From: a virus
Length of the DNA: 57,595 bases
Reading direction: 5' to 3' (one strand)
IMG/VR virus record: IMGVR_UViG_3300030248_000076
Location: 1 to 57,595 of that record
Part shown: piece by piece, positions 28,401-35,465 of the stretch
Layout of the letters: each line of letters begins with the position of its first letter
Position numbering within the stretch: position 1 is the first letter of the stretch
Translations under genes and position numbers: made by a program
The notes under the pieces: model-generated
Told to the model about the DNA's origin: nothing
The model's input: the letters and a program-made list of their open reading frames with translations, nothing else
The model's database searches: none

Positions 28401-28974
28401 GGTATCTTCCGCCGCGCTTCCCCATTAGCCCCGTTGTTAAGCTGATGGGCTTCCCTGTTCTGGGGGAAGGTTCTATCAAGCATCTTGTTTCGACGGTTTT
28501 GTACTTTGCCTGCGGACGAGAATAAATTGTCCATTCATGATCTAAATGAACGGCAAACCTTTCGCCTGTCGACACCTCTACCTCATGAGAGGCAATGTTT
28601 TTAGGGCCTATTGCAATAACTCGAACCGGCTTCCCTGACGGAGAAAAAACTTCGTCTCCCACCTTAAGCTCTCCGTGGGTTCTCCAGCCTTTCGTCGTCA
28701 ATACCGGCGTGCTGTCTGCGCACAGCTTCCCACTTCTGGGCGGCATGCAGATGATGAGCCTCGGCGATTTCTTATCTGCGATGTCTTGCAGAAAACCGTC
28801 AAGCTCTTCGCAGATTTCGCGATGTACCCACCCCATTTGGTATCCGGGAGTGGTTTCAAGAACAAAATTCGAAAGACTTTGACGCGCTGCGCGGATTCTA
28901 AGCTCATGACGCGCAGCGAGAATCAGAGCCCTATCGATCTTCTCCTTCATTTTCGGGGAACTCCATACGAGCAA
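25465..28974 (-). CDS. terL: Terminase large subunit precursor containing two inteins (mature extein about 499 aa)
   Basis: Walker A PPRSGK|S, Walker B CLVIDD, TRWH|CDDL, and a C-terminal nuclease ending AGAHDDQIDSMSQAL. The more likely start is MKEKIDR at 28950, which has a GGAG RBS. Confidence 0.9.
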   Translation of the reverse strand: MLVWSSPKMKEKIDRALILAARHELRIRAARQSLSNFVLETTPGYQMGWVHREICEELDGFLQDIADKKSPRLIICMPPRSGKLCADSTPVLTTKGWRTHGELKVGDEVFSPSGKPVRVIAIGPKNIASHEVEVSTGERFAVHLDHEWTIYSRPQAKYKTVETRCLIEPSPRTGKPISLTTGLMGKRGGRYLYQIDRVNPLQFEEVQHILPPYCLGVWLGDGTSSSPRINMTPLDAMVVKDAFEKLGVPITGEWEHSTTGVVTFSFASGVPRRRNKFSADMKRLRLFDGKYVPDEYKFDSESNLRELIAGLMDTDGTFVNGRYVFSTVSEKLALDVAEVIRLIGETAHIRKIDPTTSTSGIVGKRSVYTVSFFPTKSIPCRLMRKKTTRVRKEKRHAIVAVKQLESPKIGNCIQVDSEDGLYVIGKTFVATHNSEIVSRSFPAYAFGLYPDLQIIATSYSADLTQRFSRDVQRKIDDPKYAEIFPETSLNSKNVKTSFGSFIRTAELFEIVGHKGAYRAAGVGGGITGMGADCLVIDDAIKDRRDANSATIREALWDWYTSTAYTRLSPGGGVIVMCTRWHPIKDDTPVLTLAGWKRHGDLQVGDRVFGMDGRPVEVTHVCEPVWCDVAVETRTETVICGSKHLWPVKSRPTHNYVLKEAGNLLDDRQRTLPRPDPLDFGENEPLPIDPYWFGLWLGDGSKSGPDIRCGHAYTAHCESTPYSFTRYTDKVGNYCYRYRHQGLRGKLVKLGVLFNKHIPRCYLHASIEDRLALLAGLIDSDGDKTNNIQRFANSDERLYSDVKDLVSSLGMLCNNREVVNRKGTIAKDGYERNYDCNRFSFSPTVDIPCKVEYKRCKAIRAKERQVHFRKASSKEAGWGRCITTSAVDGIYLVGKSLMPTHNCDDLVGRLLDRAASGEGEQWRVINYPAIAEHDEPHRKAGEALHPERYDLNALLRIQKQVGSRDWAALYQQHPVPDGGGLFKEDWIQHWDSATLPKTFDATCISWDMTFKGSERSDYVVGQVWGRKGANFYLLDQYRGQWDFVKTVEQFVACAEKWPRVLRKLVEEKANGAAVIATLKKHVSGLIPINPKESKEARAAAVTPLWEAKNVFLPPAGLYPWVAKDFIPELLSFPAGAHDDQIDSMSQALADMSRGTVRKIHPNNLTALGLR
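26272..27231 (-). mobile_element. Intein 2 (320 aa, residues 582-901) with a LAGLIDADG endonuclease, inserted in the TRWH/DDL motif
   Basis: PIKDDTPVLTLAGWKRHGDLQVGDRV...KHLW...YWFGLWLGDGS...LLAGLIDSDGD...GRCITT...MPTHN|C. Confidence 0.85.
27676..28725 (-). mobile_element. Intein 1 (350 aa, residues 84-433) with a LAGLIDADG endonuclease, inserted in the Walker A P-loop
   Basis: LCADSTPVLTTKGWRTHGELKVGDEV...DHEW...YCLGVWLGDGT...LIAGLMDTDGT...GNCIQV...VATHN|S. Confidence 0.85.
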
Positions 28975-29485
28975 TTTCTAGCAGTTCTTCGTTTGAAAGC
29001 GAGGTGACCTGCTTCGTTTCGATCTTGACTGCGCCGCCATCGGCACCGGTGACGGCAACGCGTCGGCGGTCACCGTAGTTTCGGTCGTCGCGGATGGCTG
29101 CCTCTCGATTCAGCTCTTGAACCAAGAGCTTCTGAGCCTCAACATACCCTCGCGGAAGATCTTTAACCGGCTCACCCAGAGCGTCAGTGATTTCACCTCG
29201 TAACGCCTTAACCGCCGTTTTCGCAGTTTCTTGCGCAATGCCGAGCGCTTTTTCGCGATACAGAGCGGCGCTTTCTTCGCGCGCGCGCGCGGACTGAATG
29301 CAAAATTCTTGATTGTTATCCTTCCACCGGCCAAGTGTTGAGGCGTCTGGCATTCCTTTTTGAGAGCAAATTTCCCTCTCAGACAAGCCCTCACGAATCA
29401 AGTCGCAAATCTTTTCGGCCAGCTCGGGTGTGTACTTAGTTGGTCTCCCCACCTTGCGGGGAGCAGACTTCTTTTGAGCAGCCAT
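28931..29485 (-). CDS. terS: Terminase small subunit
   Basis: Start MAAQKKSAPRKVGRPTKYTPELAEKICDLIREG is an HTH typical of terS. Overlaps the terL start. Confidence 0.8.
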   Translation of the reverse strand: MAAQKKSAPRKVGRPTKYTPELAEKICDLIREGLSEREICSQKGMPDASTLGRWKDNNQEFCIQSARAREESAALYREKALGIAQETAKTAVKALRGEITDALGEPVKDLPRGYVEAQKLLVQELNREAAIRDDRNYGDRRRVAVTGADGGAVKIETKQVTSLSNEELLEIARMEFPENEGEDR

Positions 29486-29516
29486 ACGAACCTCGCAAAA
29501 AAACGGGTGATAAAAA

Positions 29517-30098
29517 TTAAGCAGCCAAACCGACGATGCCAATAGCACCAAAGACAATTGCGCACAAGATGAGAATGTTTATGCGGCGAAGTGTTCTGCC
29601 TCGCCGGTCAAGCGTCAACTTTGCGAGTTTCCGGGCAGAGTCGAAATTTTTGAGAGCGTCACGATAAATGCTCAGGGTATCTTCCTGAGTTCCGTGAGCA
29701 GACAAAAACCACTCCGAATAGCTCTTTACTGCGCCGACCATAACGTTTGAATTGCCCATCGCCATCACGGATAGGAATAGAGCCGAGGCAAAAAGACCCG
29801 CTGAAATAGCCGGACACAGGATTTCAACCAAGCTGTTGATGCCGAAAAGTGTCCATGAGTAGACGTGAGCTACAATCATTGCCGCGGAGAACGCCTGATA
29901 GAAAGCGAGTTTTGATCGTTGCTCTGGGTACAGAGCAAAGATTCTCGTCAAGTCTTTCTCGGCCATATCAAGAAGTACCTGAGCAACTTTGAGCTGTTCG
30001 GGATAAGGATCGATTGGCGAGAATGGATCTTTTGACACGTGCGAATACTCCGGTATGAGAAGCCCGCAAGAGCTGAAAAGAAAAAAGCCCGCGCTCAT
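29517..30098 (-). CDS. Polytopic membrane protein of unknown function (cargo between the Q-like gene and terS)
   Basis: Several hydrophobic helices. The tracked start lies inside a terminator hairpin, so the real start may be internal (for example Met at 29966). Confidence 0.5.
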   Translation of the reverse strand: MSAGFFLFSSCGLLIPEYSHVSKDPFSPIDPYPEQLKVAQVLLDMAEKDLTRIFALYPEQRSKLAFYQAFSAAMIVAHVYSWTLFGINSLVEILCPAISAGLFASALFLSVMAMGNSNVMVGAVKSYSEWFLSAHGTQEDTLSIYRDALKNFDSARKLAKLTLDRRGRTLRRINILILCAIVFGAIGIVGLAA

Positions 30099-30111
30099 GT
30101 GAGTACGGGCT
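30076..30111 (-). terminator. Promoter-proximal terminator downstream of the Q-like gene (tR'-like)
   Basis: Composite stem agcccg...cgggct, followed on the minus strand by TTTTTCTTTT. Confidence 0.55.
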
Positions 30112-30152
30112 TTCTGCTTCTTCCGGGCACACCGGCGGCTCCCATAGGGACG

Positions 30153-30158
30153 ATTATC
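30153..30158 (-). promoter_or_regulatory. Candidate late promoter -10 (TGaGATAAT, extended -10)
   Basis: Minus-strand TGAGATAAT lies between the Q-like stop and the terminator. No good -35 was seen. Confidence 0.35.
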
Positions 30159-30192
30159 TCAGCGCGAGCCGGTGGTAGATTTTGGGAGCATT

Positions 30193-30597
30193 CTACTTCG
30201 GGTCAAAATAAGTTTCAACCACCTCTTGAAATTTTCTACAGACTTCATCGTGAATTTTGTGGAATAGCTTTTCACCGAGGCGCAGCTTTCTCGCACAGGC
30301 GGAATCTGACCTGCATTCACCGTATTTCAAGCGCAGAAGCTGTTTTGCCTTGACGCTCATGTACGGTGACGCATATGCCCTAGTAAGTCTTTCGGCGTCT
30401 TGCAAATCGATTGCAAGGGGTCTTTCGTCTGGTGTGAGCGGAGCGCAATCCTTGTCAAGCGGAGGGATTCCGCGTTGAAGTGCGATTGCGTCCAAAGCAT
30501 GGGCCATCGAAGATGATGTCAGGGAGCCATAAGCGCGAGGGGAGCGAATAGCGCGGCTCCAGTTGAATAACCGCCGAAGAAAGTGATCAGGAATCAT
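30193..30597 (-). CDS. Putative late-gene regulator (antiterminator Q position)
   Basis: 134 aa, directly after rusA and before a promoter-like site plus terminator. No firm motif recognised. Confidence 0.4.
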   Translation of the reverse strand: MIPDHFLRRLFNWSRAIRSPRAYGSLTSSSMAHALDAIALQRGIPPLDKDCAPLTPDERPLAIDLQDAERLTRAYASPYMSVKAKQLLRLKYGECRSDSACARKLRLGEKLFHKIHDEVCRKFQEVVETYFDPK

Positions 30598-31009
30598 CAG
30601 GTTTGTACGAGGTTATAAAGACATCAATGCCGGGTATTTGATGATAAATCTTTGTGATCGTGGATTTGACGATTTGAGAGTCGTCGTCGTATGCGAGCCC
30701 GTTTAAAGAATCTCCGCACGCCTTCGCAATATTGTCAAAATCCGGTTTTTTGGTTGGCTGCTCGCATCCGCGCAAACATGCCTCTCGCCGCTTTTTTGAA
30801 TATGACTTCGGAACTGGGAATCGCGCAATGATGGTGAGTTCTACCGGTCCTTTGATAGGTTTAAACCCCTCACGAAACGCTGCCTGCTTAAAAGTACTTG
30901 CGATCAAGCGTTCATAGTCCCTAGTTTTTTGCGGCGTATAGGCATGCCCGCGAACCACCCGAGGCCGAGCTTTTCCCTGCGGCTCTCCTTCAACGAATAT
31001 ATGCATCAC
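30587..31009 (-). CDS. rusA: Holliday junction resolvase RusA
   Basis: GEPQGKARPR...PDFDNIAKACGDSLNGLAYDDDSQI matches RusA catalytic motifs. Confidence 0.85.
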   Translation of the reverse strand: MMHIFVEGEPQGKARPRVVRGHAYTPQKTRDYERLIASTFKQAAFREGFKPIKGPVELTIIARFPVPKSYSKKRREACLRGCEQPTKKPDFDNIAKACGDSLNGLAYDDDSQIVKSTITKIYHQIPGIDVFITSYKPDDS

Positions 31010-31247
31010 TTTCCTCTTCGGCGCTTCGTTTCTGAATCTGGAACGCGGTGATTTGAAGAATTGGGACGCGAACCGGATAGACCTCCATGGTCACCATATC
31101 GTCCGAATCACGAAAACCATAGAAGTGGGAGAAACGATATTTATCCCGATAAAAAAGGCAGCGCACCCCCATCTTTGGCCATGTTGCTTTGTCCTCATGG
31201 TCAATGACGCTCCATCCCGTTAAATCTTGTGTAGGCACCGGAATCAC
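30990..31247 (-). CDS. Hypothetical nin-region protein
   Basis: 85-aa ORF translationally coupled to its neighbours. Confidence 0.45.
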   Translation of the reverse strand: MIPVPTQDLTGWSVIDHEDKATWPKMGVRCLFYRDKYRFSHFYGFRDSDDMVTMEVYPVRVPILQITAFQIQKRSAEEESDAYIR

Positions 31248-31525
31248 TCCTTTTTGAGTTTGTTGGTATAGAAAGCGAGCGCCTTAGCGCGTTTATCTCG
31301 TAATTTCTCGTCGGCTTCCTGAAAGTCGCCGCATTGGCGGGGTGCGTCTATGCGCTGAAGAACGTTCCAGTCGCCTCGCTTTACGCGCACATTGCAGTAG
31401 CCCGAGCGTCGGGCAAAAAGAAACCCTCCTTTATCGAGCAACGCGCCTGCAAAGTGCATGCAGTCAATGCATGCGTGCGGAGATTCTCCGTAAAGGCGCA
31501 TTGAAGCGCTGAAAAGATCAGTCAT
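31244..31525 (-). CDS. Hypothetical Cys-rich nin-region protein
   Basis: 93-aa ORF with CxxC and further Cys residues. Confidence 0.45.
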   Translation of the reverse strand: MTDLFSASMRLYGESPHACIDCMHFAGALLDKGGFLFARRSGYCNVRVKRGDWNVLQRIDAPRQCGDFQEADEKLRDKRAKALAFYTNKLKKE

Positions 31526-31574
31526 TCGATGACTCCCTTGGCAATGAGGGCAATGCCGATAAGAACGCTTGTCA

Positions 31575-32426
31575 TCACTTCACCGGAACGAAAGGAACGG
31601 TGCTGCCAGCGGTCATCATGTTGGGCAACTTGCCATCCCACTTTTCAATGGCGTTGAGTTGGATGATGTCTGGGTTGTCTCGAAGCGCTTTGGCTTTGAT
31701 TGCGATTGCATCGGCTTCGGCCTGAGCGCGAAGTCGAGTAGATTCAGCGATACCGCGTGCTTCTTCGATGCGCTTCTGCGCCTCGGCTTTGGACTGAGCC
31801 ACTTCGTTTTCTCGCAAAAGGGCTCGCTGAGTTGCTTCGATCTTGGCGTTGATTGAGTCTTTAACTTGTTCTGGATAGACCAGATCGGTCACCCAAGAGA
31901 GCTTCACGATGCGAATACCAACGGGTGCCAGTTTTCCGCGAATCTCGTTCTGAACGTTTTCCAAAAGATTTGTCTTTCCGCCCTGAGTTAGTGCGTTGAT
32001 ATCCATGCCGGCAGCGTGTTTGATGAGCGCATCGCTGATGTACTGGCGAAGGTTGATTTCTGTGATCTCGTCTATGCCCTTTCGATACGTTTGGAAGATT
32101 GTTGCTGCCTTTTCCGGCTCAATTGCGTACTCCAAGCCGACGCGGGCGCGAACATCCATCGCGTCAGAAGTTTGGAATGTGAAGGGCTCTTCGTAGCTGA
32201 TCAGCTGGTTGAAGGTCGGGAACTTGTAAAGCTGTTCATTAATGCCAACGAAGTAGCGTCCAGTGCCGACTACTTCGTTGTCAACGCCCTTATCTGCGTA
32301 AAGATTCACACGAACACCGACATAACCTGCCGGTACGGTTGTAAGAGATGCGAGAGCGTATCCGCCGGCGATAACGGCGAAAATTCCGGCTGCGGATCCA
32401 ATGGTCAATTTGCTCATGTTATTCAT
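31575..32426 (-). CDS. SPFH / band 7 (prohibitin/HflC-like) membrane protein
   Basis: N-terminal TM, VPAGYVGVRV start of the SPFH domain, and a C-terminal Ala/Glu-rich coiled coil. Confidence 0.85.
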   Translation of the reverse strand: MNNMSKLTIGSAAGIFAVIAGGYALASLTTVPAGYVGVRVNLYADKGVDNEVVGTGRYFVGINEQLYKFPTFNQLISYEEPFTFQTSDAMDVRARVGLEYAIEPEKAATIFQTYRKGIDEITEINLRQYISDALIKHAAGMDINALTQGGKTNLLENVQNEIRGKLAPVGIRIVKLSWVTDLVYPEQVKDSINAKIEATQRALLRENEVAQSKAEAQKRIEEARGIAESTRLRAQAEADAIAIKAKALRDNPDIIQLNAIEKWDGKLPNMMTAGSTVPFVPVK

Positions 32427-32441
32427 GATGGGAAGCTCCCT

Positions 32442-32609
32442 TTAGTGCTTGGTAAAGAAACGGTTGATTGCCCAAACGGCAGGTGCCGCCGCGCAGAAAA
32501 TGCCGAGAAGAAGCGTGGGGACAGCAGAGGTTGATAGGAGTGCCGGAACCAACACGAGGTAGTTCGCCAGCAAGATGAAAACGACTAATGCAATTTGTGT
32601 GGCGTTCAT
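32442..32609 (-). CDS. Small two-TM membrane protein upstream of the SPFH gene (not in the ORF track)
   Basis: Hand translation gives 55 aa, MNATQIALVVFILLANYLVLVPALLSTSAVPTLLLGIFCAAAPAVWAINRFFTKH. GAGGA RBS. Confidence 0.55.
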   Translation of the reverse strand: MNATQIALVVFILLANYLVLVPALLSTSAVPTLLLGIFCAAAPAVWAINRFFTKH

Positions 32610-32618
32610 TTTTTGTCC

Positions 32619-33086
32619 TCAAAAAGGTCGCTCGTCGTCGGTTGTGTTTGGGGTTGGTGAGGCGTTGTCAAAGCTGATTGGGGAGTGGGTGTGCCGATAG
32701 AAAATTCCCGGATCATTTCCTTCAAGCCGAGCCCTCACCCGCTTGAAATAGCTACGGTTGAATTCGAGCTGAACGGAGTCAACTTCCGGCCACTGACCGG
32801 CGCGTCGCGAGATGATCTCGGAGCGGCAAAACTCGCTGCGCAGAGCATCAAATCGTGATCCTGGCCATATGCCCGGAGTACCGCAGTCTTCGCAGATCAA
32901 AAAGGAGCTCATGCCAAAGGTCAGGATCGTGTCGTCTACGATTTCGTCGGGCACCTCGTCGATCTGCATTTCGAGCGCATCGACGATTCGTTCGATGTGG
33001 TACGGAGAGAGCGGCAGGCCTAGTCGCCGTTGTGCGTAGATCCATCGCATACAAGCTCGCTTCTGATCGAAGGCGGCGGGCGGCAT
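32619..33086 (-). CDS. Hypothetical protein
   Basis: 155-aa ORF after the loader gene. Confidence 0.5.
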   Translation of the reverse strand: MPPAAFDQKRACMRWIYAQRRLGLPLSPYHIERIVDALEMQIDEVPDEIVDDTILTFGMSSFLICEDCGTPGIWPGSRFDALRSEFCRSEIISRRAGQWPEVDSVQLEFNRSYFKRVRARLEGNDPGIFYRHTHSPISFDNASPTPNTTDDERPF

Positions 33087-33991
33087 CAGAAGCCCTCCAC
33101 AAACGTTTCGAGCGTGAGGCTTTTATGTCGCGCCATTCGCCAGTTCGGCCAACTAGCCGCATCAATCGAGACCGTGGAGGCCAAAAGGCGTTGGGCAGTC
33201 CGCGTCGTCAAACACTCCTCCAGCTGCTTACCAATGAGGTTGGAGGTCGCGATGATGGGTAGTCCGCGGGAGATCCGCCCGTCTACGATTTGGAAAAGAA
33301 GTTGCTGCTCGGAGGGCTTCCACGCCTGAGCGCCAACGTCGTCAAGCACAAGAACGGAGGCGCGGCAGAGCAGGCGAATTGCCGTCGACTTCTCCCCGAA
33401 AGGCAGGTCGAGCACTGCGGTCATGAGGGACGGGCAGCTCACGAAGTAGCCGGGCACGCTGAGCTGGGCGAGGCGATTGAGGATCGAGAGCGCGAGGAAA
33501 GTCTTGCCGACGCCGCAAGGTCCGCGCAGGAAGATGCCGATGGAGTTCTTCTTGCGCCATCCGAGATCTCCCGAGGCCCGGGCGAGCTCGCGTTCTTCGG
33601 CACGAATGACGAAGCGATCGGCAAATCGCTCGCAAAGAGTCTTTGCTTTTTCGACGTGTTGGAACCCAGAGGTTTTGAAGCGGTCAAAGGTGAAGCAGGC
33701 GCTCGAATCGTCTCCTCCGATGGACGGCCCGAAGAAGTTTTGCAGGGCGATGGTTGTGGCGAGCGCCTCACCTTTGATTGCCTCGGATCGGGCCATCTTT
33801 TCGCCCTCTTCGCGCTGACAGATGTAGCACTTAGGCTCGCCAAAGAGCCCGTTGCGCATGTATGTGCGAACGGTCTGGGGCCCATGGATGGGGCACTCGA
33901 TGTGCCACTCTCGGAAGGGAGGAGCTCCGGGGAGCTCGATGACCTTCGGAACGGGCTGAGTAGACGATGCGGTGACTTCAGGATGCGACAT
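33086..33991 (-). CDS. DnaC/IstB-like AAA+ helicase loader
   Basis: Walker A GPCGVGKT, Walker B VLVLDDVG, sensor ATSNL. N-terminal Cys-rich region. Confidence 0.8.
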   Translation of the reverse strand: MSHPEVTASSTQPVPKVIELPGAPPFREWHIECPIHGPQTVRTYMRNGLFGEPKCYICQREEGEKMARSEAIKGEALATTIALQNFFGPSIGGDDSSACFTFDRFKTSGFQHVEKAKTLCERFADRFVIRAEERELARASGDLGWRKKNSIGIFLRGPCGVGKTFLALSILNRLAQLSVPGYFVSCPSLMTAVLDLPFGEKSTAIRLLCRASVLVLDDVGAQAWKPSEQQLLFQIVDGRISRGLPIIATSNLIGKQLEECLTTRTAQRLLASTVSIDAASWPNWRMARHKSLTLETFVEGF

Positions 33992-35456
33992 GGCGTTTTG
34001 CCTCTTGGGCTTTTTCGTAGTTGAGGATTTCTTCGGGAAGGTCGAATTGGGCGAAGTACTCTTCGTCGCTCATTTCCCCCGCCTTGCGCATGCGCTCTTC
34101 GTAGCGCTCCTGGGCGGTCAGGTAGCGGGCATTCGTCTTCGTCGAGTCGCCCTTGCGAGTCGCGTTGCGGTACCACTCCGCGCGAAAGGCGGCCCAGCCC
34201 TGCTCGACGGCGAAGGTGACGGCAGCCTGAAAGGTGAGTCCGGCAGAAGCGGCCTCTCGGCGGACGGAGTTGAGGGCAGTTTGCGTGAGCGGCAGGCGCT
34301 TCGCTCGACGCGTCGTCAGCCAGTCGTCCCAAACCTCCTGAGAGATGTCTTCGGGCTTGTCCTTGACGACGGAGGATGAAACGCGCTTCCTCTTCGGTTT
34401 GGAAATGGCCTCAGATTTGCGTTCTGCGGCGTTCTGATCTTTGGGTGGTGTGTCGGTACCAAAAATCGAATCGGATGCCGTAGCGTTGAGAATTTCGATG
34501 TTCTCGATGGGTATTTGAGCGTCAGGAGAGAAAACGACTTCTGCGTTCACCTCGTTTTCGAAAGATTCGAGGTTTCCAGAAGCGACCAGCTGAGCCTCGT
34601 CGAAAAGACCGGCGTCAAAGGGCGGCTCTTCGGGAATCACTGGCTGAGCGCTCTGCTTGTCGTCGTCCTCCTCGTCCGCATGTTCGCAGTCGAACTTTTT
34701 TTCGACCACGTCCTCGCGTGTGTGCGTCGCGCGCGGTAGCGAACGCGAAGCGTGAGCAACCCTTCCTTGTTCTATTCCCTGTTCTATTCCCTGTTCGGGT
34801 TGAGGTTCCTCAAGGGGTCCCCTTAACTTTCCTAAAGGGGTCCCCTTAACTTTCCTCAAGGGGTTCAGCTCACAAACGTTAAGGGGTTGAGGTTCCTCAA
34901 GGGGTTCACATTCCTCGTCCGCATTTTCGACGGTCCAGTTTTTCGTACCTTCGCGCGTGTCCGCGCTCCTAATCTTTTCTTCTTCTCTATTCAGTTCTCT
35001 ATTCATTCTCATTTCGGGGTTCACTTCTGAACCCGGTCCCGGTTCACTTCTGAACCCGGTGGGGGTGCACTTCTGAACCCCCTCCCCGTTCACTTCTGAA
35101 CCCGGTTCACTTCTGAACCCGGTGCATTTCTGAACCGGGGTAACTTCATCACCCGGTTCACTTCTGAACCCGGCAATCTTTGATGGCGGCAAAAGATTCA
35201 AGTGAACTCGGTAATAGCGCTTCTCTCCGTTCTCCTGACGAAAGCTCAAAAGACCTTGGCTCACGAGCTCTTTCAGTGCGGCTCGCACCACGTTGCGTGA
35301 CTTTCTGGCAATGGTCATGATCGATGTGAGCGCCGGATAGCACTCAGATGTCAAATCGCGATCGTCAACAAAGACCGCAACCGCCTCCAGAACGTCGGTC
35401 AACGTTCCATCTTCTAGGCCGCTTACGCGTACGGAAAAGGAAGCTTTCCAACCCAT
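33978..35456 (-). CDS. Replication initiator (lambda O-like organiser) with the origin inside the gene
   Basis: N-terminal winged-helix region, a central region encoded by iterons (GFRSEPG repeats), and a C-terminal domain overlapping the loader gene. Confidence 0.7.
   Translation of the reverse strand: MGWKASFSVRVSGLEDGTLTDVLEAVAVFVDDRDLTSECYPALTSIMTIARKSRNVVRAALKELVSQGLLSFRQENGEKRYYRVHLNLLPPSKIAGFRSEPGDEVTPVQKCTGFRSEPGSEVNGEGVQKCTPTGFRSEPGPGSEVNPEMRMNRELNREEEKIRSADTREGTKNWTVENADEECEPLEEPQPLNVCELNPLRKVKGTPLGKLRGPLEEPQPEQGIEQGIEQGRVAHASRSLPRATHTREDVVEKKFDCEHADEEDDDKQSAQPVIPEEPPFDAGLFDEAQLVASGNLESFENEVNAEVVFSPDAQIPIENIEILNATASDSIFGTDTPPKDQNAAERKSEAISKPKRKRVSSSVVKDKPEDISQEVWDDWLTTRRAKRLPLTQTALNSVRREAASAGLTFQAAVTFAVEQGWAAFRAEWYRNATRKGDSTKTNARYLTAQERYEERMRKAGEMSDEEYFAQFDLPEEILNYEKAQEAKRHVAS
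34798..34904. repeat. Second origin repeat set: ggttgaggttcctcaagggg x2, aaggggtccccttaactttcct x2 (23-bp period), AAGGGG x5
   Basis: Read directly. The units contain internal dyad symmetry. Confidence 0.8.
35018..35170. repeat. Iteron array: seven copies of the dyad-symmetric GGTTCACTTCTGAACC
   Basis: Copies start at 35018, 35041, 35064, 35087, 35104, 35121 and 35155, with spacing of 23 or 17 bp. An AT-rich stretch lies at 34961-35015. Confidence 0.85.
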
Positions 35457-35465
35457 GAGGTCACC

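Noticed and set aside
32419-32622. Tracked 67-aa minus-strand ORF upstream of the SPFH gene
   Set aside because: The translation looks non-protein-like. A different frame gives a clean 55-aa two-TM protein with a strong RBS (32442-32609).
33290-34332. Long antisense or alternative-frame ORFs (33290-34024 plus strand, 33439-34332 minus strand). Similar shadow ORFs occur at 8970-9647, 12090-12542, 13598-14341, 19302-20027, 21137-21724 and 25735-26304.
   Set aside because: They lie inside well-supported genes, have Arg/Pro/Ser-rich low-complexity translations, and lack RBSs. These are typical shadow ORFs of GC-rich coding DNA.
35018-35170. Regularly spaced repeats as a possible CRISPR array
   Set aside because: The units are only 16 bp with 1-7 bp spacers, are dyad-symmetric, and lie inside the replication initiator ORF. 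No cas genes are present. The pattern fits iterons.
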